Numbered from the stretch's first letter, positions 10,808 through 20,066 are shown. The stretch is 64,000 bases of DNA from Gemmatimonadota bacterium (GCA_039587445.1 JBDHIM010000019.1:1728-65727), one strand, 5' to 3'. The notes: generated by a model from the letters alone, not told the origin. Numbers and translations are program-made.

Positions 10808-11283
10808 CTCATGGGGAGAGCGCCGAGGTTGGAGATCTCGACGGAACACCTCCACGAACCGTCCGCCTGCTTGTGCCAGATCGACACGTAGTTGCCGGTC
10901 GAGCTCACGAGCGTCCCGTCAGGGCCGGGCACTGTGCGATCCCACGCTCCGAACGTATACCCTACGTCCGCGGTGCTCGACACCTCCGCGCCGGTGGGGG
11001 TCCAGGCGATGGTGAATCCCTCCACGTCGCGGCTCTGACGAACGAACTGGCGGATCGCTTCGATTCCCTCAACGGCCGGGCCCACGGGCGGATAGATCAC
11101 TGCATCCTCCGTCCAGAAGCCAAAGATCCGCTCGACGTCTCCGGCCTCTGCGGCCGCAGCCCATGACTCATCGGCATGGAATAGAGCGGCCCGCTCTGCC
11201 TCGAGGTCGATCTCGGGCTGGCAGGCAACGACGGTGGACAGACAGATCAAAGTCCCGGTGAACCACTCATGAGCTCGACGCAT
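10804..11283 (-). CDS. DUF4440/SnoaL-like (NTF2 fold) lipoprotein
   Basis: Lipobox VVAC, then an NTF2-like pattern (FWTEDAVIYPP ... YVSIWHKQADGSWR). ATG 11283 is preceded by GGAGG. Confidence 0.65.
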   Translation of the reverse strand: MRRAHEWFTGTLICLSTVVACQPEIDLEAERAALFHADESWAAAAEAGDVERIFGFWTEDAVIYPPVGPAVEGIEAIRQFVRQSRDVEGFTIAWTPTGAEVSSTADVGYTFGAWDRTVPGPDGTLVSSTGNYVSIWHKQADGSWRCSVEISNLGALPMR

Positions 11284-11303
11284 CGAACAGCCTCCACGGA
11301 TGC

Positions 11304-12176
11304 TCACTCGGCCACGGCCGTGTCCGCAGCGAAGTGGCCTGTCAGGTAGTCGTACAGCCCGGCGACCTCGCGCGCAGTCAGGTGCCGGAGGTTGTCACGA
11401 GCGATCTCTGACATGAGACCCGCCTTCCGGCCGCCGATGGCGAGCCCGGTGCGCAGGAGGAGCTCGAAATCGGTCCGGGTATAGGCCGTGGCCACGACCT
11501 CCAGGCTCGGAGTGAACCCCTCTTCGCCGCGCAGATCCTCGCCGTGGCACTCGCTGCATACGGTTGTTGCCCAGAACTGGCCCAGGCCCGTTTCGTCCAT
11601 AAGATCCAGGTACTTCCGGGGCGAGTCGGGATCTACCTCCGCCGCGGAAGGCTGAAACTCCCCGATGGCCAGAAAGACGCGTCCCATCGGACCGAACTTC
11701 ACGCCACCCTTGAACCGGTTTTCCTGCCTCGGCAGGCTCCGGATGTGGGCGATGATCGAGGTCAATCGAGCGTCATCGAGCTGATGTAGAAATCGGGACG
11801 GCATGACGAAGACGCTCCGGCCATCACGCTTGACGCCGCGCCGAATGAGGCGCTCGAGCTCCGCGTCCGTGTAATCCGGAAGGATGGTCGTGATGTTCGG
11901 TGCCTTGATCCAACCGATGAGTGGCTCCTCGAACATGATCGTTCCGGAGCCCTCTTCTCCGTGACAACCCGCCAAGCACCCCCAAAGCGAGGCCAGCCGC
12001 GGACCGTCGGCGAGGAGCGCCGAGTCCGCCGTTGCCTCCGGGGCCGTCAGCGGGACGTCGTAGATTCGCCCGATGATGCGGGACGAGGCAACGTACGCGT
12101 AGACGAGCGCGACCAGCGCGAGGACGAGTATCGCAGCCAACCCGATGCCGAGCCATCTCAGAACACGCCTCAACAT
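11304..12176 (-). CDS. membrane-anchored diheme c-type cytochrome
   Basis: Two CxxCH motifs (CLAGCH, CSECH) after an N-terminal TM helix. Confidence 0.75.
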   Translation of the reverse strand: MLRRVLRWLGIGLAAILVLALVALVYAYVASSRIIGRIYDVPLTAPEATADSALLADGPRLASLWGCLAGCHGEEGSGTIMFEEPLIGWIKAPNITTILPDYTDAELERLIRRGVKRDGRSVFVMPSRFLHQLDDARLTSIIAHIRSLPRQENRFKGGVKFGPMGRVFLAIGEFQPSAAEVDPDSPRKYLDLMDETGLGQFWATTVCSECHGEDLRGEEGFTPSLEVVATAYTRTDFELLLRTGLAIGGRKAGLMSEIARDNLRHLTAREVAGLYDYLTGHFAADTAVAE

Positions 12177-12188
12177 GTCCGAGGCGAC

Positions 12189-12764
12189 CTAGCGGGCTGG
12201 AAGCGCCATCCGCTGATGAAGGACGAGCGGAGGTCCTTCCGCAGCGGGCACGACGATGAAGAGGTTGTCGTACTCGTCGTGGTCTATCGTGATCTCGTTC
12301 GGGTAGCCGAACTGCTCGAGGACCCTCGGCACGGTGTTGGAGTGGCCTACGATCAGGACCCGGCCGCCGGGCTGCTCGCGTTGCACGCGGGCGACCAGAC
12401 CGCCGAGCGAGTCAGGCTTAACGGAGGTGACCTCGAACCCGAGCGGCTCGGTCACCATCCCCGCGGTCTCCATGGTGCGGCGGAGGTCGGTCGCGTAGAC
12501 GGCGGTCAACCCCGTGTCACGGAAGAACTCCCGGAGAATCCGCGCACGGGTCATGCCCTGCTCCGAGAGGGGCGGGTCGTCGACATCTGCAACCCGCTCC
12601 GCGTGGCGGACGACGTACACGACCTCCTGCGCCACGGCAGAGTCCGCAGCCAGCGCGAGGAGTGCTGCGAACACCAAGGTCGCCGCGCCCACCGCACCTG
12701 AAACCCTCGAACCGCTCACCGGCCGGCCCGCCGCTGAGTCCGGTACCGTCATTACGGAGCCCAC
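12189..12764 (-). CDS. histidine phosphatase family (phosphoglycerate mutase-like) protein, secreted
   Basis: RHAER catalytic motif and GHSNT; signal-peptide-like N-terminus. Confidence 0.8.
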   Translation of the reverse strand: MGSVMTVPDSAAGRPVSGSRVSGAVGAATLVFAALLALAADSAVAQEVVYVVRHAERVADVDDPPLSEQGMTRARILREFFRDTGLTAVYATDLRRTMETAGMVTEPLGFEVTSVKPDSLGGLVARVQREQPGGRVLIVGHSNTVPRVLEQFGYPNEITIDHDEYDNLFIVVPAAEGPPLVLHQRMALPAR

Positions 12765-12797
12765 TATTCGGCCCAGAGGGCGTCCGATGTGAGCTCC

Positions 12798-13721
12798 TCA
12801 CGCAGCACGGGATGCGCCCGCCACAGGTAGCCACCCATCACGATGGCCGCGAACAGATTGCCGAAGGACGACCCACCACTCCAGCGCCTCGACCATCCAG
12901 CTTCCGAGCATCGCCACCATGACGATGAAGAAGGTCTCGAACACGACGAACAGGAGGAGGAGGGCGAAGACGAGCGGCGGGAACCGCTCGATCTGGGTCA
13001 CGATCCCCGACATGATCGTCCCGAACACGATGAACGCCGCGAAGTGGACGAGCGTGTAGCCGATGATCGTGCCGGCCGAAACCACCACGTCCTCGGGGCC
13101 CTGGGCGCCGAGGAAGAGGATCGACCCCAGCGCCCCCGGCGTGAAGAACGGCTGCCGGACGATCATGTCCGCCACGAGGAACCAGATGGCGACGGCGAAA
13201 GCGCCGATGAGCCCGGCCACGAGGCCCTCTCGCAGCATCTTGTGGGCCTGCAGCTGTGCCATGAAGCCGGTGATACCCGGCTGATCGCTCACCAGCCGCA
13301 GGTAGGTGGCCATCACCAGACCGGCCAGCACGTTCCCCGCGAGCACGGCCGGCCATGCGGGCGCGGCGAGGATGTCGCTCCCGGTGATGATCAACGCCGG
13401 ATAGAAGATGAGAGAGCAGATGAACAGCCCGAACGCCGCACCGACAAACAGGTTTCTCGGGATCGCCGCCCACTCGAACAGAACCGCCGCGCTGACGCCA
13501 AGAATCGCGAAGACCACGAAGTGGAGAAGCGTGTACGCCAGCAGGTGAAACCAGCCCGGCTCGAAGCCGTCCCGGTCGAGGAGGGCGCCGGACAGGTACA
13601 TGGGCGTTCGGAACAGCTCGCCCTGGGTCAGGTCGTAGAAGAAAAAGAAGATGATGAGCGCCGTGCCCCCGAGCAGACCTGCGATGACACCGTAGCGGAC
13701 GGTCTTCTTGGGAATCTCCAT
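12798..13721 (-). CDS. 8-TM integral membrane protein built from an internal 4-TM duplication, unknown function (3' end probably frameshifted)
   Basis: The two halves align by eye (GVIAGLLGG/GLVAGLIGA; FRTPMYLSG/FFTPGALGS; AYTLLHFVVF/GYTLVHFAAF). ATG is preceded by GAGGAGGG. See findings for the 3' frame problem. Confidence 0.7.
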   Translation of the reverse strand: MEIPKKTVRYGVIAGLLGGTALIIFFFFYDLTQGELFRTPMYLSGALLDRDGFEPGWFHLLAYTLLHFVVFAILGVSAAVLFEWAAIPRNLFVGAAFGLFICSLIFYPALIITGSDILAAPAWPAVLAGNVLAGLVMATYLRLVSDQPGITGFMAQLQAHKMLREGLVAGLIGAFAVAIWFLVADMIVRQPFFTPGALGSILFLGAQGPEDVVVSAGTIIGYTLVHFAAFIVFGTIMSGIVTQIERFPPLVFALLLLFVVFETFFIVMVAMLGSWMVEALEWWVVLRQSVRGHRDGWLPVAGASRAA

Positions 13722-13810
13722 ACGTCCCTCCTCGCACCGATGCTCGGCCCTGCAGCCGGTCCCGGCCCCTCACGGGGCGTCTTTTCGTCTAGCTTTCTAT
13801 CCGTTCGATG

Positions 13811-14119
13811 TCAGCTCGACTTCCTCCCGGGTCTCGCAGGCAGCGCGGCCTCCGAGCGGAGGAATTCCTCGACGGCTTCCCGTCGCTCACGTCTTATGGC
13901 CATAAAGAGACCGCCACCGATCGCGCCGATGACGACCCAGGGGGACACCATCATGAACACGAGACCCCAGAAGAAGCCTTCCTGAACCTGCTGATCCGCC
14001 GCGGACACGCACGAGGGACAAGCCAGGAGCGGAGCCGGAAGTATCAGGAGAACCGTCATCGCGGCGTGCACGACGGCCGCGGTGAGGAATGCCGCACGCG
14101 CGCGGAGACGGCTCCGCAT
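13811..14119 (-). CDS. small CxxC membrane protein translationally coupled to ctaB (candidate oxidase assembly factor)
   Basis: 102 aa. ATG 14119 overlaps the ctaB stop by 1 nt (TGATG). Signal-like segment, CPSC motif, one TM (FFWGLVFMMVSPWVVIGAIGGGLFMAI). Confidence 0.5.
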   Translation of the reverse strand: MRSRLRARAAFLTAAVVHAAMTVLLILPAPLLACPSCVSAADQQVQEGFFWGLVFMMVSPWVVIGAIGGGLFMAIRRERREAVEEFLRSEAALPARPGRKSS

Positions 14120-15498
14120 CAAAGCACGTACAGCATGAGGTAGACGATGATGCCCGTGACGGAAACGTAGAGCCACACGGGCAAGGTTCCACGGGCAATG
14201 CTCCGGTGGCGATCGAAGTTCCCGCGCAACGCACGGATGAGCGTCATCGGCACGAGCACCACGAGAGAGGATGCCAGCACCGAGTGCGTGATCAGGATCG
14301 TAAAGTAGAGCGTGCGGGTCCAACCGAGGCCCTGGTACGGGACGGAGCCCACCTGGAAGTGGTAAACGAGGTAGCTCGCCAGGAACGCCGCGGAGGTTCC
14401 CACGGCGGCGAGCATCGCCAACCGATGAGCCTTCATCTTGCCGCGCCGTATCAAGCGCCAGCCGGTCAGCAAGAAGGCCGTCGTCAGGCCGTTGAGAACG
14501 GCGTTCACCGCCGGTAGGTCGTGGAGGCCCAGCTCGCGCGCTCCCTTGTCCAGGATCAGCAGGCCGTACACCAGTGGCAGGTACAGTAACGACATTCGAA
14601 AGACACGCCAGGCCGCTCCTTCCCCTCCACCCCAGGCGAAGCGGCCCGCGGAAGCCAGGTAGGCCAGGCCCAGTCCGAGTGCCCCGACGAAGTAGACCGG
14701 TCCCGTGAGACCAAGCAGCGACGGGAGCAGGCTCACCGGCAACAGGGCCAGGGCGTGGATGAGGGTCTGGTGCCGGGTGCGGACGCCCTCAGGATCCCTC
14801 ACCGCCAGCATGACCAGGCCGGCCCTCCGGTAGTCCTCCCGGTAAATCCACGCGAGGCTGAGGAAGTGCGGGAGCTGCCAAAAGAAGAGGATGCCGAAGA
14901 GGACCAGCGCCTCCGGTCCGAGGGAGCCGCGCGCCGCCGTCCAACCGCCGGCGATCGGGAGCGCCCCGGGGATCGCCCCCACCAATGTGTTCAGGGAGGT
15001 CACCCGTTTGAGCGGCGTGTAGCCGAGGACGTAAATGACCAGGGTGGCGGCTGCGAGTGTCGCCGTCAGCGGGTTCACCATCAGCGCCAGGTATCCGATG
15101 CCGGCGGCTCCCGTGAGAGCCGAGAAGATCCCGGCCTCGCGCGGGCTGACGCGACCGGTGGGGATCGGCCGGCGGCGCGTCCGGTCCATCCGGCGGTCAA
15201 CGTCACCCTCGAGCAGATGGTTGAAGCCGTTCGTGCCCGCGGCTACCAGGGCGACTCCGATCATCAGGTGAAAGAAGATCACGAGTGGCACGCCGGCCTG
15301 GAGGCCGAGGAAAAACCCGGTGGCCGCCGACAGCAGGACGAAGGTCGTGATCCGCGGCTTGGTGAGCTCAAAGAAATCCGCGGCACGCGCGACGCCGGTC
15401 CGGGGCGCCGCGACGACGCGCAATGCCGCCTCGTAACCCTCGGCGGCAGCGCTCACCTCGGCGGCAGCCGTCATCTCGGCGGCATCAACGGAGCTCAC
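14119..15498 (-). CDS. ctaB: protoheme IX farnesyltransferase (heme O synthase) fused to a C-terminal DUF420 (CtaM-like) domain
   Basis: UbiA-type N-terminal 300 aa (TKPRITTFVLL ... WQLPHFLSLAW). C-terminal 140 aa matches the DUF420 pattern (LPAVNAVLNGLT ... HRSIARGTLPVWLYVSVTGIIVYLMLY). Confidence 0.9.
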   Translation of the reverse strand: MSSVDAAEMTAAAEVSAAAEGYEAALRVVAAPRTGVARAADFFELTKPRITTFVLLSAATGFFLGLQAGVPLVIFFHLMIGVALVAAGTNGFNHLLEGDVDRRMDRTRRRPIPTGRVSPREAGIFSALTGAAGIGYLALMVNPLTATLAAATLVIYVLGYTPLKRVTSLNTLVGAIPGALPIAGGWTAARGSLGPEALVLFGILFFWQLPHFLSLAWIYREDYRRAGLVMLAVRDPEGVRTRHQTLIHALALLPVSLLPSLLGLTGPVYFVGALGLGLAYLASAGRFAWGGGEGAAWRVFRMSLLYLPLVYGLLILDKGARELGLHDLPAVNAVLNGLTTAFLLTGWRLIRRGKMKAHRLAMLAAVGTSAAFLASYLVYHFQVGSVPYQGLGWTRTLYFTILITHSVLASSLVVLVPMTLIRALRGNFDRHRSIARGTLPVWLYVSVTGIIVYLMLYVL

Positions 15499-15499
15499 G

Positions 15500-15877
15500 T
15501 CAGCGGTACTCCTGGAGCACGGTCATCACCAGCAGTACGGCGAGCGGCAGCGGCGAGGCCGCCATGACCGCCACGCGCAGCGGCTCGAACCGCAGGTGCA
15601 TGAAGTAGAGGGCGACCAGCAGCGCCTTCCAGACCGCCATGATCAGGAGCGCGATGACGATCCACGACTTCGGCAGCGCCGTGAACCCGACGACCGCGAC
15701 CTCGGCGGCCGTGAGCAGGGCGAGCCACAGCCACACCAGCAGGTAGCGCGGATGCGCGTGGCCACTGGCGTGCACCTCGGCCGCCGCCGCGCCGGCGCTT
15801 TCGTGCAATGTCTCGGTGCTGTCCAAGTCTCGCTCTCCCGTCAGATGAGGTAGACGATCGTAAACAGAATGATCCAA
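15500..15877 (-). CDS. cytochrome c oxidase subunit IV (prokaryotic COX4 family)
   Basis: Three-TM small protein downstream of ctaE; YLLVWLWLALLTAAEV pattern. Start uncertain: 15877 overlaps ctaE by 37 nt, and a TTG about 60 nt downstream with GGGAGAG is an alternative. Confidence 0.7.
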   Translation of the reverse strand: MDHSVYDRLPHLTGERDLDSTETLHESAGAAAAEVHASGHAHPRYLLVWLWLALLTAAEVAVVGFTALPKSWIVIALLIMAVWKALLVALYFMHLRFEPLRVAVMAASPLPLAVLLVMTVLQEYR

Positions 15878-16443
15878 ACGAGGTCCACGAAGTGCCAGTA
15901 TAGACCCAGAACCTCCAGGCCCTGGTAGTTCCCGTTGTCATAGCCGCCCCGGAACGCCTTCACCGTCGCCCACGTCATGCAGACCACGCCGCTGAACACG
16001 TGGAAGCCGTGGAAGCCGGTCATCGTATAGAAGGTCGATCCGTACAGGCCGGACCAGGGGCCGAATCCGTGCCCCAGGAGCTCACTGTACTCGTAGATCT
16101 GCACGCCCAGGAACGCGGCCCCGATGACCGCGGTGGCCAGCGTGAACAGCCGCGTTCCTCGCTTGTCTCCCACCTCGGAGGCGGCGAACGCCTTCACCAT
16201 CGTCACCGAGCTGCAGATCAGGATGAACGTGTTGATGGCGGTGACCGGGATGTTCAGGATCTCGCCCGGCTGCGGCCAGGTTTCGGAAGCCCCGAAGCGC
16301 AGGATGATGTAGGAGCCGATCAGCCCGGTGAAGAACATCACCTCCGAGCAGAGAAAGACCCACATTCCCACCTTTTGGGTGTACACGGCCAGACCCGTCT
16401 CCGGCGTCCGACCTCCGTAGTAAGGCATCGCGTGGGCTTCCAT
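15841..16443 (-). CDS. ctaE: cytochrome c oxidase subunit III
   Basis: 200 aa; heme-copper oxidase subunit III pattern (GFHGFHVFSGV ... YWHFVDLVWI). Confidence 0.92.
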   Translation of the reverse strand: MEAHAMPYYGGRTPETGLAVYTQKVGMWVFLCSEVMFFTGLIGSYIILRFGASETWPQPGEILNIPVTAINTFILICSSVTMVKAFAASEVGDKRGTRLFTLATAVIGAAFLGVQIYEYSELLGHGFGPWSGLYGSTFYTMTGFHGFHVFSGVVCMTWATVKAFRGGYDNGNYQGLEVLGLYWHFVDLVWIILFTIVYLI

Positions 16444-16514
16444 TACCCTCTCCCGCTCATGTGCCTGGCGCCAAGTGCTCGAAGTGCCACCCTCTCAAAG
16501 CGACCGCCGCCCAT

Positions 16515-18272
16515 TCAGTGTCCCGCCGGCGACACGACATCCGGTCGTTCGTTCTGCGCGAGCCAATCCTTGTCGGTGACATCCGGGTGGCTGTACTCGT
16601 GCGGCCCGTGGTAGACGACAGGGGCCTGCTCCCAGTTGCCGTGCTTGGGCGGCGAGGGGGTCTGCCACTCCAGGCTCGTCGCATTCCACGGGTTGGGCGG
16701 TGCCCTCTCGCCCCGGAACATGCTCCCGAAGAAGTTGATGGCGAAAATGACGCCCGTCGAGAAGAGTGCGAACGCGCTGATCGTGATCAGCAGGTGCGTC
16801 CCCTGGAGATCGGCTGTGTGCGTATAACCCGTGGTGTCGTACAGGCGGCGCATCATCCCGGCGAGCCCCTGCGTGTGCATCGGGAAGAAGGCGAGATTGA
16901 AGAAGATGAACGTGAGGGCGAAGTGGATCTTGCCCCAGCGCTCGTTCATCATCCGCCCGAACATCTTCGGGAACCAGTAGTAGATCGCGCCGAAGATTGC
17001 GAAGAGCGCCCCGCCGAAGAGCACGTAGTGGATGTGGGCCACGATGAAGTAGGTGTCGTGGATGTAGATGTCGAAGGGCGCCGACGCCATGAAGATCCCG
17101 CTCAGCCCTCCGATCACGAACAGCATCACGAACCCGATCGCGAACAGCATGGGCGTGTGGAAGTGGAGATTCCCCCTCCACATCGTGCCCATCCAGTTGA
17201 AGGTCTTGATCGCCGACGGCACCGCGATCACCAGGGTCGAGACCATAAAGCTGGTGCCCAGCACCGGGTTCATGCCGCTCTGGAACATGTGGTGGCCCCA
17301 GACGATGAAGCCGAGAAAGGCGATCGCCACGATCGCGCCCACCATCGCCTTGTAGCCGAACACCGGCTTTCGTGAGCCGGCCGAGAGGATCTCGGATACG
17401 AAGCCCATCGCCGGCAGGATGAGGATGTAGACCTCCGGGTGTCCGAAGAACCAGAAGAGGTGCTGCCACAGCAGCGGCTGGCCGCCGGTTTCGGGGAGGA
17501 AGAAGTGCGTCCCAATTGTCTGGTCGAACAGGAGCATGATCAGGCCGCCCGAGAGAACCGGCATGGCGAGCAGGCCCAGGATCGCGGTGACGAACAGCGC
17601 CCAAACCGTCAGCGGCATCCGCGTCCACAACATCCCGGGAGCACGCATGTTGATCACGGTGGTGATGTAGTTCGTGGAGCCCAGAATCGAGGAAAGACCC
17701 AGCAGCACAAGGCTCACTATCCACATCTGCTGGCCCATCGACACCCCGCTGTACTCCGGCATCCCGCTGAGCGGCGCATACGAGGTCCAGCCGGCGCCCG
17801 CCGCACCTCCCTCCACCGCGAAGCTCGCCAGGGCGATCAGGCCCGACGGCACCGCAATCCAGAAGGAGAGCATGTTCAGGCGCGGGAACGCCATGTCCGG
17901 GGCGCCGATCTGGAGGGGGATCAGGTAGTTCGCGAACACACCCACCAACAGCAGCATGATCGCGAAGAACACCATGAACGTCCCGTGCATGGTGACGAGC
18001 GAGATGTAGAACTCGGGAAGCATGATCCCGTCGGGCGCCATGGTCTCGGGGAACAGCCCGCCGAAGGGCATGGGCCGGCCGGGCCACGCGAGCTGCCAGC
18101 GCATCAGCATCGCCAGCAGTCCACCCACCAGCAGGAAGAAGAGGCTCAAGAAGAGGAACTGGATCCCGATGACCTTGTGGTCCGAGGAGAAGATGTACTT
18201 TCGGATGAAGGACATCTCGTGATGTTCCTCGACGACGGGGATCCCCGTCGGCTCGGCTACGATCGTCGCCAT
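16515..18272 (-). CDS. ctaD: cytochrome c oxidase subunit I (A-family heme-copper oxidase)
   Basis: 585 aa; canonical motifs (WFFGHPEVYILILP, HHMF, VAHIHYVLF). Confidence 0.97.
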   Translation of the reverse strand: MATIVAEPTGIPVVEEHHEMSFIRKYIFSSDHKVIGIQFLFLSLFFLLVGGLLAMLMRWQLAWPGRPMPFGGLFPETMAPDGIMLPEFYISLVTMHGTFMVFFAIMLLLVGVFANYLIPLQIGAPDMAFPRLNMLSFWIAVPSGLIALASFAVEGGAAGAGWTSYAPLSGMPEYSGVSMGQQMWIVSLVLLGLSSILGSTNYITTVINMRAPGMLWTRMPLTVWALFVTAILGLLAMPVLSGGLIMLLFDQTIGTHFFLPETGGQPLLWQHLFWFFGHPEVYILILPAMGFVSEILSAGSRKPVFGYKAMVGAIVAIAFLGFIVWGHHMFQSGMNPVLGTSFMVSTLVIAVPSAIKTFNWMGTMWRGNLHFHTPMLFAIGFVMLFVIGGLSGIFMASAPFDIYIHDTYFIVAHIHYVLFGGALFAIFGAIYYWFPKMFGRMMNERWGKIHFALTFIFFNLAFFPMHTQGLAGMMRRLYDTTGYTHTADLQGTHLLITISAFALFSTGVIFAINFFGSMFRGERAPPNPWNATSLEWQTPSPPKHGNWEQAPVVYHGPHEYSHPDVTDKDWLAQNERPDVVSPAGH

Positions 18273-18310
18273 ATCACGCTGCGCCTTTCTCTCGTCTCAT
18301 CTCGCCCCCC

Positions 18311-19081
18311 CTACATCCCGCCGGCGGAGTGCTCATGCCTGGCTTCCTGTCCGTCGTCCACGTCGTTGCCTCCGGAACCGGCGGTCGCCGCCACCGCCGT
18401 CGGCTGGCCGGGGTCAGTCCGCACCGCGATCTGCTCGTCGAGCCACGCCTCGTAGGCCTCGGGCTCGTGGATCCTCACCCTCGCTCGCATCCGGTAGTGA
18501 CCGAGCCCGCACAGCTCCGCGCAGCCTATCTGGTAGTCGCCCGCCTTCGTGGCTTCGAACCAGACCGGGATGGTCATCCCCGGCACGGCATCCTGCTTCA
18601 CCCTGAGTTGTGGGATGAAGAAGGAGTGCAGCACATCCTCGGACTCCAGCCAGACCAGGATCGGGCGGTTGGCCGGGAAGTGGAGCTGGTTGCGGGTGGA
18701 AAAGTCATCGCTCGTGCCGAGCACCTCATCGGCACCGGCGTAGGTGACGTTCCACTCGAACTGCTTCGCGCTCACCGCTATGTGCAGCGATTCGGAGGGC
18801 GCCGAGTTACGTCCCTTGATCTGAGCCCACACGTTGGCGCTGTACAGACCGAGAGCGACCATGGCCAGCGCCGGTACGGCCGTCCACAGGATCTCCAGGC
18901 TCTTGCTCCCGTGGGTGTAAAAGGCTCGCTGGCCCTCACGCCGCCGGTACTTGATGCAGAACCAGATGATTCCGACCTCGACCAGCACGAAGGCGATCGC
19001 GGTCACGACCGTGATCACCCAGAAGAGGGCATCGATCTTCCCGCCATACGTCGCGATATTCTCAGGAAGCGACCAGTTCAA
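18311..19081 (-). CDS. ctaC: cytochrome c oxidase subunit II (CuA; no fused cytochrome c domain)
   Basis: CuA site CAELCGLGHYRM; two N-terminal TM helices. Confidence 0.93.
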   Translation of the reverse strand: MNWSLPENIATYGGKIDALFWVITVVTAIAFVLVEVGIIWFCIKYRRREGQRAFYTHGSKSLEILWTAVPALAMVALGLYSANVWAQIKGRNSAPSESLHIAVSAKQFEWNVTYAGADEVLGTSDDFSTRNQLHFPANRPILVWLESEDVLHSFFIPQLRVKQDAVPGMTIPVWFEATKAGDYQIGCAELCGLGHYRMRARVRIHEPEAYEAWLDEQIAVRTDPGQPTAVAATAGSGGNDVDDGQEARHEHSAGGM

Positions 19082-19146
19082 GGCTCTCCCCTTCCGTTGA
19101 CTTCTGGTTTACCGGCACAGAGTGCGGCGACGACTCGCTCCGGCGA

Positions 19147-20028
19147 CTAGTCGCCGGACTGCTCGCGCACGGCGGTGATGCTGCCGTCATCGGCATGCTT
19201 GATGATCAGCGGGTCACCGAGCGGCACCGCGTTCCGGGCCATGCCGGCGTTGAAGGTGAAGCTGACCTCCGCCGTCGCCCCTTCGCCGACCGTGACGTTG
19301 GTGGTCTGGGCTCCGAAGAGCTCGTGCCAGGCCTCCACCACGTAGTCGCCGGGTGGAAGGTTCGGAAGCGAGAAGGAGCCGTCGCCTCGGCTCACGGCGT
19401 AATACGGGTGGTCGACGACGCCGACGTACGCGCTCATCCAGCCGTGGACGTCGCACTTCACCGGGATCATCACCTCGGCCATCCCGAAGTCGCGCGTCGT
19501 CTCCATGCCGGCTTGCGGCTGGCTGATGTTGAAGCCTCGGTTGATGCTCGGCTGGGAGTTGATGTTGTGGAGAATCGGATCGCTGTTCCGAATCAACAGG
19601 GGCTGGTCGACCTGAACACCCAGGATGTGCGGGTGGTAGCGGCAGTTCTCCTGGTCCAGCACGGCGGGCTGTGACGGAGTCGGGAAGCCGGCGCCGAGCC
19701 CCTCTTTCACGTAAACGAAGACGTTCCCGAGCTTTCCGTCGCTGCTCACGAGCGCATTCTGGGTCAGGGCGCCCTCGCCGGGATATGCGTTATTGCACTC
19801 CGGCTCCTCGGCCATGTCGATCCGTTCCGCGGCGGGTGCCTCGCCCTCGAACGCGATGAGGCCACTGATCGCTCCGGCCGTGGCCGGATCTACGACCGGC
19901 GCGGCCGTCTCACCGCCCGCATCCGCCGCTGTGTCTCCGTCTCCGGTATCGGCATCGCCTCCACCTCCACACGCCCACACGAGGCCGGCGGCCGCGACCG
20001 TGGCCAACAGGCCAGTCTTCTCCAACAT
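19147..20028 (-). CDS. lipoprotein with cupredoxin (type-1 copper) domain plus CarboxypepD_reg-like domain
   Basis: Start ATG 20028 (MLEKTGLL..) is preceded by AGGAGG; lipobox VWAC. T1-Cu ligand pattern HN ... C-x2-H-x2-M (ILHNINS; CDVHGWM). C-terminal GSFSLPNLPPGDYVVEAWHE beta-sandwich motif. Confidence 0.65.
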   Translation of the reverse strand: MLEKTGLLATVAAAGLVWACGGGGDADTGDGDTAADAGGETAAPVVDPATAGAISGLIAFEGEAPAAERIDMAEEPECNNAYPGEGALTQNALVSSDGKLGNVFVYVKEGLGAGFPTPSQPAVLDQENCRYHPHILGVQVDQPLLIRNSDPILHNINSQPSINRGFNISQPQAGMETTRDFGMAEVMIPVKCDVHGWMSAYVGVVDHPYYAVSRGDGSFSLPNLPPGDYVVEAWHELFGAQTTNVTVGEGATAEVSFTFNAGMARNAVPLGDPLIIKHADDGSITAVREQSGD

Positions 20029-20066
20029 GGTGTTCCTCCTATCCCCGGTTGATGATGTGGATCTCC

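Noticed and set aside
13811-14323. Full 170-aa version of the ORF downstream of ctaB.
   Set aside because: Its first 68 codons overlap the DUF420 domain coding region in another frame. The internal ATG at 14119, coupled to the ctaB stop, gives a coherent signal/CxxC/TM protein.
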